Source of the DNA: Diplonema japonicum | Taxonomy: Eukaryota; Protista; Euglenozoa: Diplonemea | Length of the DNA stretch: 64,000 bases | Assembly: GCA_964019335.1 (NCBI GenBank) | Contig: OZ025656.1 | Location: 248,001 to 312,000 of the forward strand | Direction: 5' to 3' | Shown: in pieces, positions 13,301 through 25,181 of the stretch | Position numbering within the stretch: position 1 is the first letter of the stretch | How the letters are laid out: each line of letters opens with the position of its first letter | Notes under the pieces: generated by a model | Database searches by the model: none | What the model was told of the DNA's origin: nothing | What the model saw: the letters and a program-made list of their open reading frames with translations, nothing else | Program-made: the position numbers and the translations under genes

Positions 13301-16012
13301 CCACCGAAGAGCGTGTGGACAGACTGGAAGAGCCGGAGCTCCTGCAGGACGAGCCGTCTGTTAAATATGCCATCACGGAGTGCCTGTCGCAGAACGATGC
13401 GTTGAAGACACTTGTCTGTTATGTGTCGTGTGTGTGCGACTTGCTGAAGCAAAAGAGTGAGATGACCTTGGAGTGGGAGTTGTTTATCTCCACTCTGTCG
13501 CTTCTCCACAACTGTTGTCAAGTAAAAGCCAACCGAGTGGCCTTAGCAGAGCAGAGGTCGCTGCACGTAATGCTTGCAGCGGTTGATGTATGCGGAAACC
13601 GCAGTGGTGAGACAGCACACACCGCATTGCAGCTCCTCCTCTCCATCGCGGGTTCCATTGCAGGCGAGATGGACAGCGACAACGTGAGTGTGGACAGCGG
13701 TGCGGATCAACACCTTGAGTTCTGTTTGTCTCACTTGGAGCAACACTTCAATACATGCAGTGCGCAGCTGTTGGGCGTTATCTCCTACCAGCGAATTGAA
13801 AGAGGGGGCTTAGCAAAGGTATGTCGTATAGCATTGCACCACCTGGTACAGGCCGAGCACCACTTGTACGACGTGTTGCGCTTAATCAGTGCGGTTGTGA
13901 GCGGCAACAAGCGTGCTGTCGAGAGGATCGACACATACTTCACACCATTTGTGAATGCGGCAGTCGAGAACGGCGACTCGACTGCTGTCTTCTACACACA
14001 GGTATGTTTGCTTCCCATCAATCACCCACACAGTGCCTTGCTGTTATCATACGAGCATTAGGGTTGGACACCAGCGGAGAGATCAGGCGGAAGTTGCATA
14101 AAGCAGGCGTTGTGTCGAAGATGCTGCAAGTCGTAAAGAAGGATAAAGAGGCATCAACGGCAACTCCTGCTGTACTGCGGCTTCTGGAAGCACTTGTGAA
14201 GGCCACCGGCGACCCACAAGACTTCTATACCTGCATACTAGCTGTGGTATGGCTCTACAAAAAAAAAGGGGGAGGATGTTTCAAATCACACTATAAACAG
14301 GTCACGAAACTGCATTCATTAGAAAAGAAGGGGAGAAAACAGGAGATTTCCTCTGCAGCAGCGGCAGTTCTAGATGCCCTGCGGGAGTGCGGGCGGGATA
14401 ACGGGCAGGTCGACAAGGTCAGAAGACAGACCAAACAGACAAAGCATGATGCAGCAATGGCACTGCGCGAGAAAGTATGACCCACACCTACCCATAACAT
14501 GCCACAGGTGCTGCGCGACCTCAACAAGCAAGCGCACGCCGAGATCGACCTCGATGACGTGGGTGACGAGGATGGACTGGTCTGCTTGATTTGCAGAGAG
14601 GTAGCGACCTTCAGACCTCAGGTAATATACTTCGCTTCCTGCACATACACATCACACTACACTACAGGATGTTCTTGGTTTCTACATGTTCGCACGACGG
14701 GTCGAGATCTTCACCAACACGTGCCCCAACGACCCGCACTGCACCTTCATGTCGCTCAACCCGCCTGCACGGACGACAACCTACACATGTGTCACACACT
14801 TCAATGCAGTACACTATGCTTGTCACAAGGATGCAGCACAGGTATTCTTTTTTAAGTAGAACACACACAACTATATGACAGATCGACGCGGCCATGCGGC
14901 CCGCAAAGCGTGAATGGGAAGGCGCCACTGTAAGGAACCTCAAGACGCGGTGCAACGCGATATTACCGCTGAAGGTGGGAGACACCAACCCTTCGCAGTA
15001 CCATCGGTGCACGGTTGGGTTTGCCGACCGTGTGGGCTTCACACGTGGGAGGGGACAGCTGTCCTTATTCGAGCAGTCCGTGTACGATATGCGCATGATG
15101 CTAAGCAGGGAATGTTGGGAACATTCGTATTCAAGCGATTCGAAAGGCGGGGGCCCGGAACATAATTTCAGCGTGGTGCCGTTTCAGATGCAATTGTCGT
15201 TGCATTACCTTGACGGTGAGGCGAATGAGCATGAGAGGTCGAAGGCTGCATCGTTGCTGGCGCACTTTATCTCGGGTGCTGCGACACCGTTCCTGTTCCA
15301 CGCGGACTCACCTGCGGCGACGAATGTGTCGGCGGAGTTTATCTTTTACCTCCTGACGCTGTCGTTGCACGTGATGTCTCTGCGCCAGTGGCAGGAGAAC
15401 AAATACTTCCTAGTGAGGAACCTCGTCGCGTACTTGCTGTCGACATTTGTGAGCAAACAAAAAAGATCGAAACCGTTGAATCTGGTGTTTGGCGACATGG
15501 TACCTCCAGCTCTGTTGAGTTCGTCCAACCCACCACAGAGCCTGCTTGCGGGGTTGGCAGACCGGAGTAGAATGGACGAATATGACGATGATGGTGATGA
15601 GGAATGGACCAGCGTGAGAGAACTTGCAAATGTGAATGTTGATGGTGGAAAAATCCATGATGTTTCTGCGGAAGACGGCCTGCTTCAGTTCTTGAAACCA
15701 TCATTGGTGTTCCTGTGCGTGCTTGATGCTGTGCATACTGCTCTTAAGAGTCCCGATGCAAAGACTCCAGATGCGAGGGCTGAGCCAACTACCGCTTCGC
15801 GTACTGCTGAATGGGTCACAGCGCTAAACTCACGATTGCTGACACAGCAGGATGGGCTCATAAGTGGTTTATTGGACGTTCGACGTTCTATTTCCCAAGA
15901 CTTCCAGCAATGCTCTTCTTTGCAGGAATTTTTGGATCTTCTCGAAATTCTTCCTCAGGTGCTCTGTGAAGCGCCTTCTGCTGAACAGTGGGCAACACAG
16001 TTCCTTGCGTGA
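1372..16012 (+). CDS. UBR4: E3 ubiquitin ligase UBR4/BIG/p600; introns 13819-13851, 14002-14033, 14247-14300, 14475-14507, 14622-14667, 14842-14881
   Basis: UBR box at ~5284-5460; WD40-like propeller; CPSC...CLNC...ENAYQCRQCRNIN...FLCNECGWCRYGR; QEDFIRGHM; MLVVYRLQGLDGEATEE. Splicing joins the downstream ORFs into the UBR4 C-terminus (CLICRE...DVLGFYMF, HYACHKDAAQ|IDAAMRPAKREWEGATVRNLKTRCNAILP). Confidence 0.93.
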
Positions 16013-16111
16013 TGTTTTGGCCCATATCGGAACGAAAGCGAGGCTCCTGAATGAGAGTATCAATGATAGACTTTCCGCAAAATTGGGGTTTGGGTTTTCC
16101 TCAAAGCATCG

Positions 16112-16150
<39 letters not shown>

Positions 16151-16955
16151 CACATTTTTTTTTTTTTTTCCTCCGTTTCCCCAATTTTTTTTTCCCCCCT
16201 TTTCCAATTTTAACATTACACCTCCCCCCCCCAAAAAAAAAGAGGAACGAAAAAAAAATTTTCTGTTACATACCGTTCTTCTTTTTTCTTTTTTTTCTAT
16301 AAAAAAAAAAAAATACCCCAAAAATGAAGTTGAAAAAAAAATACCCTAATTGTTAAGGATGAAAACTTTTATAAAACCTTTTCTCTCCCAATTCCTGCCA
16401 CCCCCCCCCCCCCCCCCCTGTCCTTTATCCTAACATCTACAAAAGTACCATTTTAGTTGATTCTTCTTTTTTTTTCAGACCTTTTAATTTTTTTATTTTA
16501 TTTCTAACTAAACAGGGTGCTTTTATTTGATTTTTTTTCTTTACCTTTTTTTACATTAAAAAAAAAACAAAAAACCGTTTCTGCCTGGCAGCGCTGAGGG
16601 GAAAAAAAAGATCGAAAGGAGATCGAATGAGCTTTTAAAAAGAAAAATAGAAAAAAAAAAGAATAGGGCCCTGTCTGAAATGTGTACGGCTACAGGGCAG
16701 GAGCGAAAGTGAAAACTGAACTCGTTATTCTTATAAAGGGGGAGAGGAGGGTGGTGTTAAGTTTTTTTTTTATATTATTTAAGTCCTTTCTTTCTTTTTT
16801 TTATATTCTCCTCTCCCTCCCCGTATTTGATCCCCCCCCCCCCCCCCCCCCCCACGTTAACATTTCTTTCTTTTTCATTATATTTCACCTTTGTTTCTCA
16901 AACACCATCACAAAAGGCGGTGGTGGAGGGAAGAGGGAGGGGTGTGAGAGGTCAA

Positions 16956-18752
16956 ATGACGCACCTTACTGGAGCCGATTCCATATTTGAATCGGGTGAG
17001 GAAGTGAGGGCTTTGAGAAAACTGACCTTTAAAAGCGGGAAGACAATAGAAATTGGAGACACCGGCGTAGTAACAAAGGTACCTGGAGGCAACGAAAACA
17101 GCCCTGCACAAGTGAAGGTGAACGGGGCCGTGTTCAGCATCGCAGTGGGCGACTTCGAATCTGCTAAGAAAAGCCAAAGAAGCAGTTTGAAACGGGACTC
17201 AAGCGTCACCCCACAGATAGAAATACCAACATCGCCTGAACAAGTCGACAGTGGTGTAATAGCTGCGGAAGATGTCCTCCCTCCATCATGTCAGACCGTC
17301 CCTGTCCGACTGGTGCAGTACATCGACTACGTTGGGCAGTGGGGCGACACAATGCAGAAGCAGCGTGTCCAGCGGTTACAAAAGCAGCTAGAGTCGGCTG
17401 CAGGACGTCTCAGCAGCGAGGCAGCTGCAAAGTTCGAAGAAGTCGCATGGCTCCAAAGCGAGCTGGAAAAGTGGCACAACGAAGCATCGATGCAGTCCAA
17501 GCGAGCCGACGACCTCCAACTGCAGCTCCTCTCGAAAGATGAAGAGATCATGCGTCTCACCAAAGGCATCTCCGACCGTGATGCCGAGATCGCATGGCTC
17601 AAAGCCGAGCTTGCACGCAAGATCAACGAAGCCAACGCTGCCCTCGCAGACGTCTCCCGCCTTGAAGGCCAACTCCGCGCCACACTCGAAGAGCTCAAAC
17701 GGCTCGAACGTGTCGCCAACCAAAAGGGCAACGATGAGGCCGACAGAAGGAAGGACCTCGACAAGCGGTACGAAGACATGAGGAACAGGAAGAAGGAGCT
17801 GGAAGACCAGCTGTACCAGAAAATGGAGGAGTTGGCAAGAGCCGAGCAAGCCATCAAGGCACTGGAGCAGGCATTGCGCGATGGGAACCTTGCCTTCGAG
17901 AGGGCGAAGAATGAATGGGAGCAACAAGCAGCGGCCAACGCGCGTGCTATCGAGTTGCTGAAGCAGCAGCTGGCGAAGCTGCAGGGCTTGAACACGAAGG
18001 CGGCACGCGATGCGTCAACGCAGGTGTACAGCGGTGCTGCAGGCACAAACCCGAACCTTGTGAATGCTGACAATCGTGTGGCGGAGATGAAAGCGAAGCT
18101 GTTCACGAGGGAACAGCAGATTGCGCAGCTAGAAGCACGTCTGCAGGAGGCAGACTCACTGAAGGGTAGACTGTTGCAGGACCTGCAGGACCAGCTTGCA
18201 CAACGCGATGAATACATCAGGTCGTTGGAGGCAGGCACCGGTGCGAACTGGCGGAAGATAAAGTCCGAAGACGAGCTGCTGAAGGCAATCAGCGACCTGG
18301 AGGACCAGCTCAAAGCAGAGCGCAACACGAACGACGACCTGAGATCGCAGATGGAGCAAATGAAGGCGAGCTACGAGAGGAAGCTGAGAGAAGCAGAGCG
18401 ACTGCTAAGAGAAGCCGAGAGGAGGTACAAAGAACTGGAGCATCTGCGTGACCTGCTGGGGACGAAAACAGAGAATGCGGAGGAGATTATAAAGCGCCAG
18501 CTGCAAGAGATCGCGCAGCTCAAGGCACTGCTCGCGGACCAGGACCATTCGATCGTGGGGTACAAGGCACGCATAGACCAGTTGGAAATGGTTATACAAC
18601 AGCTGCAAGCCTTGCTTCCCAAAATACACGAGGAGTCTGTCCTCCGCTTGCTGGGGCCGTTGAGGGACGCCCTCGCGCTGTTCCCCGACCGCAACCCTGT
18701 CAAGTCCCCGTCGCGTATTCGACATTCAATGTCACCCACTCGTATGAGATAG
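16956..18752 (+). CDS. Long coiled-coil protein with small N-terminal beta-rich (SH3-like) domain
   Basis: First ATG at 16956 in ORF 16827-18752; heptad-rich E/K/Q/L sequence over ~450 aa. Confidence 0.75.
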   Translation: MTHLTGADSIFESGEEVRALRKLTFKSGKTIEIGDTGVVTKVPGGNENSPAQVKVNGAVFSIAVGDFESAKKSQRSSLKRDSSVTPQIEIPTSPEQVDSGVIAAEDVLPPSCQTVPVRLVQYIDYVGQWGDTMQKQRVQRLQKQLESAAGRLSSEAAAKFEEVAWLQSELEKWHNEASMQSKRADDLQLQLLSKDEEIMRLTKGISDRDAEIAWLKAELARKINEANAALADVSRLEGQLRATLEELKRLERVANQKGNDEADRRKDLDKRYEDMRNRKKELEDQLYQKMEELARAEQAIKALEQALRDGNLAFERAKNEWEQQAAANARAIELLKQQLAKLQGLNTKAARDASTQVYSGAAGTNPNLVNADNRVAEMKAKLFTREQQIAQLEARLQEADSLKGRLLQDLQDQLAQRDEYIRSLEAGTGANWRKIKSEDELLKAISDLEDQLKAERNTNDDLRSQMEQMKASYERKLREAERLLREAERRYKELEHLRDLLGTKTENAEEIIKRQLQEIAQLKALLADQDHSIVGYKARIDQLEMVIQQLQALLPKIHEESVLRLLGPLRDALALFPDRNPVKSPSRIRHSMSPTRMR

Positions 18753-18887
18753 TGAGCCCCCCCTCCCCCCCCTGTATTGTTTCCTTTCCCCTTTTCAACT
18801 TGTTGTATTACAGAACAGTATTCTTTTGAGTAGATATTTGTTCCATTTTACTAAATTTTATCGCACCAAAGGGGGTTGGGGGAGAAG

Positions 18888-20069
18888 ATGTCGGTATTTG
18901 ATTTCAATGTGTGCGAACCCGTGAAGATCGAGAGGGGCGGGATGAAACTGGCGTATTGGAAATACAGAGTGAACACAAAGACAACATGCACACAGTACGC
19001 AAGAAAGGAGTACGGGACATACAGGAGGTACAGCGACTTCGCGTGGTTAAGGAAGAGGTTGGTGGAGACGTACCCAGGGTGCTTGGTACCGCCTCTGCCG
19101 GAGAAGGATGTTAAAGAGAATTTCGATAAGTTGTTCGGCGGCAGTGGCGAGGAGACCTCACTGCATCGTTTCAGACAGCGTGCGTTGCGGAAGTTCTTGG
19201 TGCGTGTCGGGGCACATCCGAAGCTTGCCTTGTCAGGGTCGCTGCAAGAGTTCATTGAACTCGACGAAGATGAGTTTGCCAAGCGCATGAAGCAGGTTTC
19301 AAAGCCGGACTCCATCCTCAAGTCAACAAGCCAGTTCAAACAGATGTCGTTATCCGTCACAAACCGTCTCTCGTCTGACCTCAACGCGATCAGCTTGAAA
19401 GCCACTCCTTTCAAGGACGAGTACCCACCGGAAAAACAAAAATGGCACGATGTTCAACAATACCTGAACAAGCTTGAGAATGCTCTTTGCATGATGCGTG
19501 ACAGGTTCGACAACTTGGCGAGGAAGAAGAGATCCTTTGCCGGTTCGATGCACGACACAGGAAAGGCCTTCGCAACCATTTTTGAAAAAGACGCTCAGTT
19601 CACAGGAGCCAACTACGGTGAAGGTGTGTCAAGAGCAGAGGCGGTTTCACGGCTGGAAGAGGAAGCCGCTGAGGCCGATGTGACACAAATCATCGAAACC
19701 CTGACATACTACGCTGGGCTGTGCAGAGCAGCAGAAGGTGTCGTCGATTATCTGAAATCACTTTGGATTCTCGAAGCCGTTCTCGAAAAGGATCTAGATA
19801 CCCTTCGTAAAAAACGGGAAAAGGGCGGGACCAAGGAGCAAACAGATTCTGCGGACGCTTCTGTGACGGGCTCCATGGCCAAGAATGACGAGGTCACAGG
19901 GCACATCCGGCTTGTGATCGAGACCTTTTCCGACGATCTAAAACGGTTCGAGCTCGAAAAACAACACGACTTGAAATCGCTCCTCTCGATGAACGTTGAT
20001 CTCACCAAGGAGTTCGCATTGAAACGGCAGGAAGCATGGGATGCACTAGCTACCACCACTTCGATGTGA
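18888..20069 (+). CDS. Sorting nexin (PX-BAR)
   Basis: PX signature YRRYSDFAWLRKRLVETYPGCLVPPLPEK...RQRALRKFL followed by a helical BAR-like region ending RFELEKQHDLK. Confidence 0.9.
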   Translation: MSVFDFNVCEPVKIERGGMKLAYWKYRVNTKTTCTQYARKEYGTYRRYSDFAWLRKRLVETYPGCLVPPLPEKDVKENFDKLFGGSGEETSLHRFRQRALRKFLVRVGAHPKLALSGSLQEFIELDEDEFAKRMKQVSKPDSILKSTSQFKQMSLSVTNRLSSDLNAISLKATPFKDEYPPEKQKWHDVQQYLNKLENALCMMRDRFDNLARKKRSFAGSMHDTGKAFATIFEKDAQFTGANYGEGVSRAEAVSRLEEEAAEADVTQIIETLTYYAGLCRAAEGVVDYLKSLWILEAVLEKDLDTLRKKREKGGTKEQTDSADASVTGSMAKNDEVTGHIRLVIETFSDDLKRFELEKQHDLKSLLSMNVDLTKEFALKRQEAWDALATTTSM

Positions 20070-20409
20070 TTTTTTTTAAAGAATGATGGGGGGGGGGGGG
20101 GGGGGGGGGAGGAGGGGGGAGTGAGTGTAACATAGTTCCTTTGTTTTTTTTTTCTTTGTCTTTCCACCGAGAAAAATGTTTTCTTCCCCTCCCCCACCTT
20201 CCCTTTGTTTCTCCTGCTTGTATTACCTGAAGCCTCTTTCTTCCCCCCCCCCCCCTACCCCGCGATTATTTCTCGCTTTGCCACTCTCTCCCATTTCTTT
20301 TTCTTTTTTTGTCCTCGTTTCATCCCTTTTTTTTAATATTTCCATCGCTTATACAACAAAGAAAAAAAGGAGGAGGGGGTGAATAGGGGGCTTACACTCG
20401 ACGAAGAAT

Positions 20410-20696
20410 ATGACAGGAAGGAAACTACACAATACAGGGGTGTCAGGACCACAGAAAATGAAGGGGAAAGCTGCGAGAGACATGGCTCAAGCACAAGGGT
20501 TCGAGTTCAAAACGCCTGCTGTGCAGGGTTTGTTTGTGTCAGGGGCACAGGTTTGCCAACGGGGGAAGGGGGGAAAAAAAAAGAAAAAAAGGTGGCTCTC
20601 CCAAAGACCCAGGAGGGATACTGGATCCGATACGCGCCAGGAAGCAGAGCGAACGGGGGGTTTTCAAAAGAAGTGCCGACCCAATATAATTTGTAG
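20410..20696 (+). CDS. Small 81-aa hypothetical protein, two exons (20410-20550, 20592-20696)
   Basis: Non-homopolymeric island. Removing the 41-nt GTTTG...AAAAAAAG intron (20551-20591) joins two overlapping ORFs: MTGRKLHNTG...FVSGAQ|VALPKTQEGYWIRYAPGSRANGGFSKEVPTQYNL*. Confidence 0.6.
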
Positions 20697-20836
20697 AACG
20701 GGAACGGGAGAAGGAGAAAAAAAAAAATAATTACAATTTCTTTTTTTTTTTCCTTCTTTTTTTTTTTATATATTTCTTTTATATATTATTTCCACGATCC
20801 CCACAAAAAAAGAAAAAAAAACAGAAACACGAACAC

Positions 20837-21877
20837 ATGATAAGCCTAAAGCGAACAGATGCGGGGAAGATCTGGACCCCGAAGGAACCGACCAAAGCCC
20901 ACCTAGAAGCGCAGTACCAATTCATGCACTTCAACGAAAAAACAGCTATGATCAAAGGAAAGGCAACGCTCTTATTCAGCTATGGGTACGAACTATGGGC
21001 AACGGAACCCATCTTCAAACCTGTAAATCTATGCTGGGTAGGCGTCGTGGTGGTATCGGAAGAAGGGGAACGGTCAGAAGACCTCCGAGGGGTGAAAGTG
21101 GCAGTTACCGAGCCTGGCCTCAAATCAGAGGCATTACTACACGGCAACCCCTTCGCAGATGCGTGTGTGGCTATGAATACCGATGTGCTTGACACTCAGT
21201 CGATGCTTGTATTCCACTCCCTCTCAGGGCAGTCTGAGTTCCCTGCCTCTCCTACTCCGCACATGGCTTCTTCGTTCGCGTGCCAATACCTTCTCTTCCT
21301 AACTACTTCACGACTCGTCTCGCTTGACCTCCTGTCGTCGCTGTCCTCGTGGAGGTACAAGCCCGTCAGGGGGGAGCTTCTTTGCAAAGCTTCCGATTTA
21401 TCAACCTGTGTGCCTGACCCTAATGGGACGGGCGAACCAGAAGCGGTCAAAACATTGGGTGTCACATTGTGTAAGATGCTTGACAACCAAGTTCAACCAG
21501 AGGACGCGCGAAGCTGGGCGTGTGCCTCTGCCTTCGCGGGGTGCTGCCTGCGCAATAATGCCACTGTCGACGACCTGCTCTCCCACGTGTTTATCACCCA
21601 GCACCACGGCGACGAACGGTTCTTCGTGAAATTCTGTTGCCTCGCAGCGTCCGCTTGGTCTCCCCCCTCAGACCCCTCTTCACACCTCTCCACATTAAGA
21701 CTACACCTTTTAAGACACCACGCCTGGCTTCTCGTTGAAGCTGCGGGGCCATACCCTTCCTTCTGGGAGGTTCTTTATACATCCTTACAAGACCTTGAAT
21801 CCAGCCTTCCATCGAATCTCCACCGCTCGCTGGTTCTCAGCGTGGTGCGTGAGTTGTGGAAGGACGGGTTTGTCTGA
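20837..21877 (+). CDS. Hypothetical protein (346 aa)
   Basis: Long sense-strand ORF with coding-like composition after an A-rich leader; no family recognised. Confidence 0.7.
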   Translation: MISLKRTDAGKIWTPKEPTKAHLEAQYQFMHFNEKTAMIKGKATLLFSYGYELWATEPIFKPVNLCWVGVVVVSEEGERSEDLRGVKVAVTEPGLKSEALLHGNPFADACVAMNTDVLDTQSMLVFHSLSGQSEFPASPTPHMASSFACQYLLFLTTSRLVSLDLLSSLSSWRYKPVRGELLCKASDLSTCVPDPNGTGEPEAVKTLGVTLCKMLDNQVQPEDARSWACASAFAGCCLRNNATVDDLLSHVFITQHHGDERFFVKFCCLAASAWSPPSDPSSHLSTLRLHLLRHHAWLLVEAAGPYPSFWEVLYTSLQDLESSLPSNLHRSLVLSVVRELWKDGFV

Positions 21878-21881
21878 CCCG

Positions 21882-21935
21882 TTTTCTTCTTCTTCTTGTT
21901 TCTCTCTTTTTTGCGTTTTTATCCGTTCACAACAG
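21882..21935 (+). promoter_or_regulatory. Putative spliced-leader trans-splice acceptor (polypyrimidine tract + ACAG)
   Basis: In the 107-nt gap between two CDSs there is a ~40-nt T/C tract, then CACAACAG, then a purine-rich leader to ATG 21985. No upstream donor in the gap. Confidence 0.5.
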
Positions 21936-21984
21936 GAGGGGGGCACAGTGGAGGACAGGTCTCCACCAAACCACCCACCCCAAA

Positions 21985-24547
21985 ATGGGTAGAAAGCGAA
22001 AGCTGAAAGCCTTTGCGGCCATCTTCTTGGGCTCCTTGATCCTCATGGTGTCGTATAATGAGCTGTGGGGCACGGGTACGGAAGCGGTGGAGGTGGAGCT
22101 TACGGGGAGCAGTACTAATAGGAAACTGATGGCGGTTGCTGTTTATCCTATGGTTATAAACCCATATCTTCAGTGTGTGGAAGATGGTGGGTGTGGGAAC
22201 GATGAAAACTGCAGGGTGGAGTGCAATGGGAACGCGAACTGCCTTGGATACAAAGCGATTAGCCCCACGAAGGGCGAAATGTGCAAGAACCTAACAACGT
22301 CGCTGACCTTCGTGGGGGAGACCTTGTACCGGAGGCCTGGTCCGCCCTGTCTTGTAAACGACACTGTCGTGACCTCTTTGGACCCCCTCCTAAGAAGGGA
22401 AGGTATGGTGCAGTGGATTGACTCAAACGATGCGTTGGTCCTCATAAATGGAGCCGTGATACCAGAAATGTTCAAGGTTCCAGACATCTACAGGCACAAT
22501 GCATACACAGCTCAAAACGAGAGCTGCAACATTGTGATAAGCGAAAACCGTCTGTACCCGAACGAGGCATTCAGCAAGTCGCAGAGGAAGAATGGTGCCC
22601 TTGTTCTTTACGCATGTGGTGTGCTGTACATGTTCTTCGCACTAGCAATAGTCTGCGATGACTACTTCGTGCCCGCCCTCGAGTCGCTCGCAGTGAAGCT
22701 GCAGCTCTCTGACGACGTTGCCGGCGCCACCTTCATGGCCGCTGGGGGCAGTGCCCCTGAACTTTTCACGTCCTTTATCGGAGTCTTCATCGCCCAGTAT
22801 GTTCCTTTGCCACCTTCCCACCCCACAGATCTGACGTCGGCTTCGGAACCATCATCGGCAGCGCTGTCTTCAACGTGTTGTTCGTGATTGGCGCCTGCTC
22901 CATCGCCACACGCGAGCTTGCCAAGGACGTTGGGGTATTAAAATTCAAAAAGGGAGGGGGAAATATAATTTATCTCTTTTTTTTAAAGGGACTCCCACTG
23001 ACATGGTGGCCCCTCGCAAGGGACTCAACATTCTACCTCGTTGACTTAGTGCTACTGATGGTCTTTTTCATCGACAAAAAGATCGAAATCTGGGAAAGCG
23101 GGATCCTCATTGCCTGCTACTCCATGTACGTGATCTTCATGGCTTACAACCTGCCCGTCTATACCAAGGTGAGGAGCATCCTTGACAGGAGGTCGGGGAA
23201 GGTGGTCCCTGACGAAGAGGCAGACAAGCCAAGCTATCCTACCACAGAGGACGGCGCACTGAAGACAAAAGCATCGCAGAAAGAGGACGACAAGGACAAG
23301 TGCGGCTCTGGCTGGGCACAGGTATGAAGAACTAACGGTAACGCCAACTCGCCACGCAGGCAAAAACACGTGCAAGGAGCAACTCCACATCGCACATCCT
23401 TACAAGACAGCAGAGGTCAGGCTCGAAGGCCAAGGCTGACGACGAGAAGCCCAAAGTATGTAAACTACAACAACAACAAAGCACTGGTAGGAACCCGACT
23501 CTGATAACCAGAAGGAAGAGGAAATGGAAGAAGCTCGTGTACAGGAGGAAGAGGAGGACGAAGAGGACGAACCATGGAGCCCGAAACCGCCCGCTGAGGG
23601 TCTCGTCAAATGGGTACTCTTGTTCCCGTTGAACTTCCCGTTGTGGCTCGTCCTGCCTTCCGGGGTGTCGCTAGGCGCAGAGAAAGACATGGTGTGAACA
23701 CACTTTACATTTTTCGACATTAAAAATAAAATAACAGTTCACAAGAGAACACAAGCTCACAGCGCTGAGCTGCAGGCTGATGGAGTTCGGCGGGTTGAAG
23801 AAGAAAAGCGATGGGAAGAAAATACTCCCGTCGGTGACGTGGCTGAAGGACCACAGCGCGCAGCTGGTTCACGTGAAAGACGATGACTTACGAGACGAAG
23901 ACGACACGAGGCCGGGGGGCGAGGTTCTTGTCTCACTGATTACCTCGTTTGAGACGGAAGCGACCAGTGGGCATGACGAGGCGGCCGCTTTCCTTGGATG
24001 GGCAACAAGCGCAGACAGCACGCCAGTAGAATACAGAAAAGCATTGAAACAGAAATACGGCAGTTTCTTCGGACGATTATACGTCGGAGGCTTCCTGGGA
24101 AGCATTATGTGGATCGGTTGGTTCACCTATCTCACCGTCTGGTGGGCAGAGACTATTGGTAAAGACCTTGGCATTTCGGAAGTGGTCATGGGGATTACTT
24201 TCCTTGCGGCAGGTAATTTAAAAAAAAAAAAAATGCAAAAAAAAAAAAAATAATAATAATAATAATAATAAATAAATAAAGGCACATCGGTCCCTGATCT
24301 GATCTCCAGTGTGATCGTGGCAAGGGATGGGAAAGGCGACATGGCTGTGAGCTCTTCCATCGGTTCGAACATTTTCGATGCCACGTTTGGTCTTCCTGTA
24401 CCATGGTTTTTCTGGTCGATTGCGCATTCTGGGAAAGCGATCACTGTTGAAGCGAACGCCCTTGGCACTTCGGTACTCATGCTTGTTGGAATGCTTATTT
24501 GCATTATTTCTGCAATAGCGCTGTTGGGGTATGCGAGAGGATGGGGA

Positions 24548-24583
<36 letters not shown>

Positions 24584-24686
24584 ATGGCGCCTCAACGTCA
24601 TGCTCGGCGGGCTCAGTCTCATTCTTTACGCGATTTTTGTCACCATTACAATCCTCATGAGTTATGGGCATATTCCCACAGCGTTC

Positions 24687-24689
<3 letters not shown>
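21985..24689 (+). CDS. K+-dependent Na+/Ca2+ exchanger (NCKX/SLC24); introns 22797-22828, 22935-22988, 23322-23359, 23456-23490, 23692-23737, 24213-24281, 24529-24583
   Basis: Splicing restores alpha-1 ([20 protein letters not shown]...IAQ|[15 protein letters not shown]), alpha-2 (MGITFLAAG|TSVPDLISS...[13 protein letters not shown]) and the terminal LLG|WRLN helix. Confidence 0.93.
24529..24583 (+). other. 55-nt GT-AG intron whose acceptor is A28-G
   Basis: GTATGC...TATT(A)28G. Removal is required to restore the NCKX C-terminal helix. Confidence 0.85.
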
Positions 24690-24717
<28 letters not shown>

Positions 24718-25181
24718 AAGAAGGGGGGAAAAAAAGAAGGAAGAATAATATTGAAGGGGGGGGGGGGGGGTACAGAAACGAGTTGCAATTTACATTGTTT
24801 TCGCTGTTTTCTTTAACCCACCCTCTCTCCCAAGAATTGAGAAATTAAAAAGGTGAGACAAAACGGTTAACAACGACGGTGCAAAAAAAAAAAAAAAAAA
24901 AAAGGGATCTGCACATATCCTATAAATCCATCCTGAGCCCCGTGTTATCCTTGTGATTCTACGCGAGACCGGAAATAATGATGGGTCGAGTCGATTGGGA
25001 AAAATAACATTTTCTCTCGATTTTCTTTTGTCGTGTCATGCTATAAATAGTTGTTTTTATCTCTTTCTCTCCTCCCCTCCCCCCTTTTTTTACAATGAAC
25101 AGAAAACACTTGTTCTTGTAGTTTATCAAAAAAAAAAAAGAATGATTGGCGGGTTTTTTTTTTATCGCGTTTTACAAATAA

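Noticed and set aside
13800-16012. Programmed frameshifts, alternative genetic code or non-canonical introns to explain broken ORFs
   Set aside because: Every break examined is resolved by a short GT-AG intron; TAA, TAG and TGA all act as normal stops.
16660-16720. snoRNA-like hairpins (also ~40309-40345 and ~44866-44900)
   Set aside because: Only 7-bp stems, too short for H/ACA-like RNAs, with no convincing boxes or guides.
24813-24870. TTAA-CCC...GG-TTAA mini piggyBac
   Set aside because: The ends are not inverted repeats beyond 2 bp.
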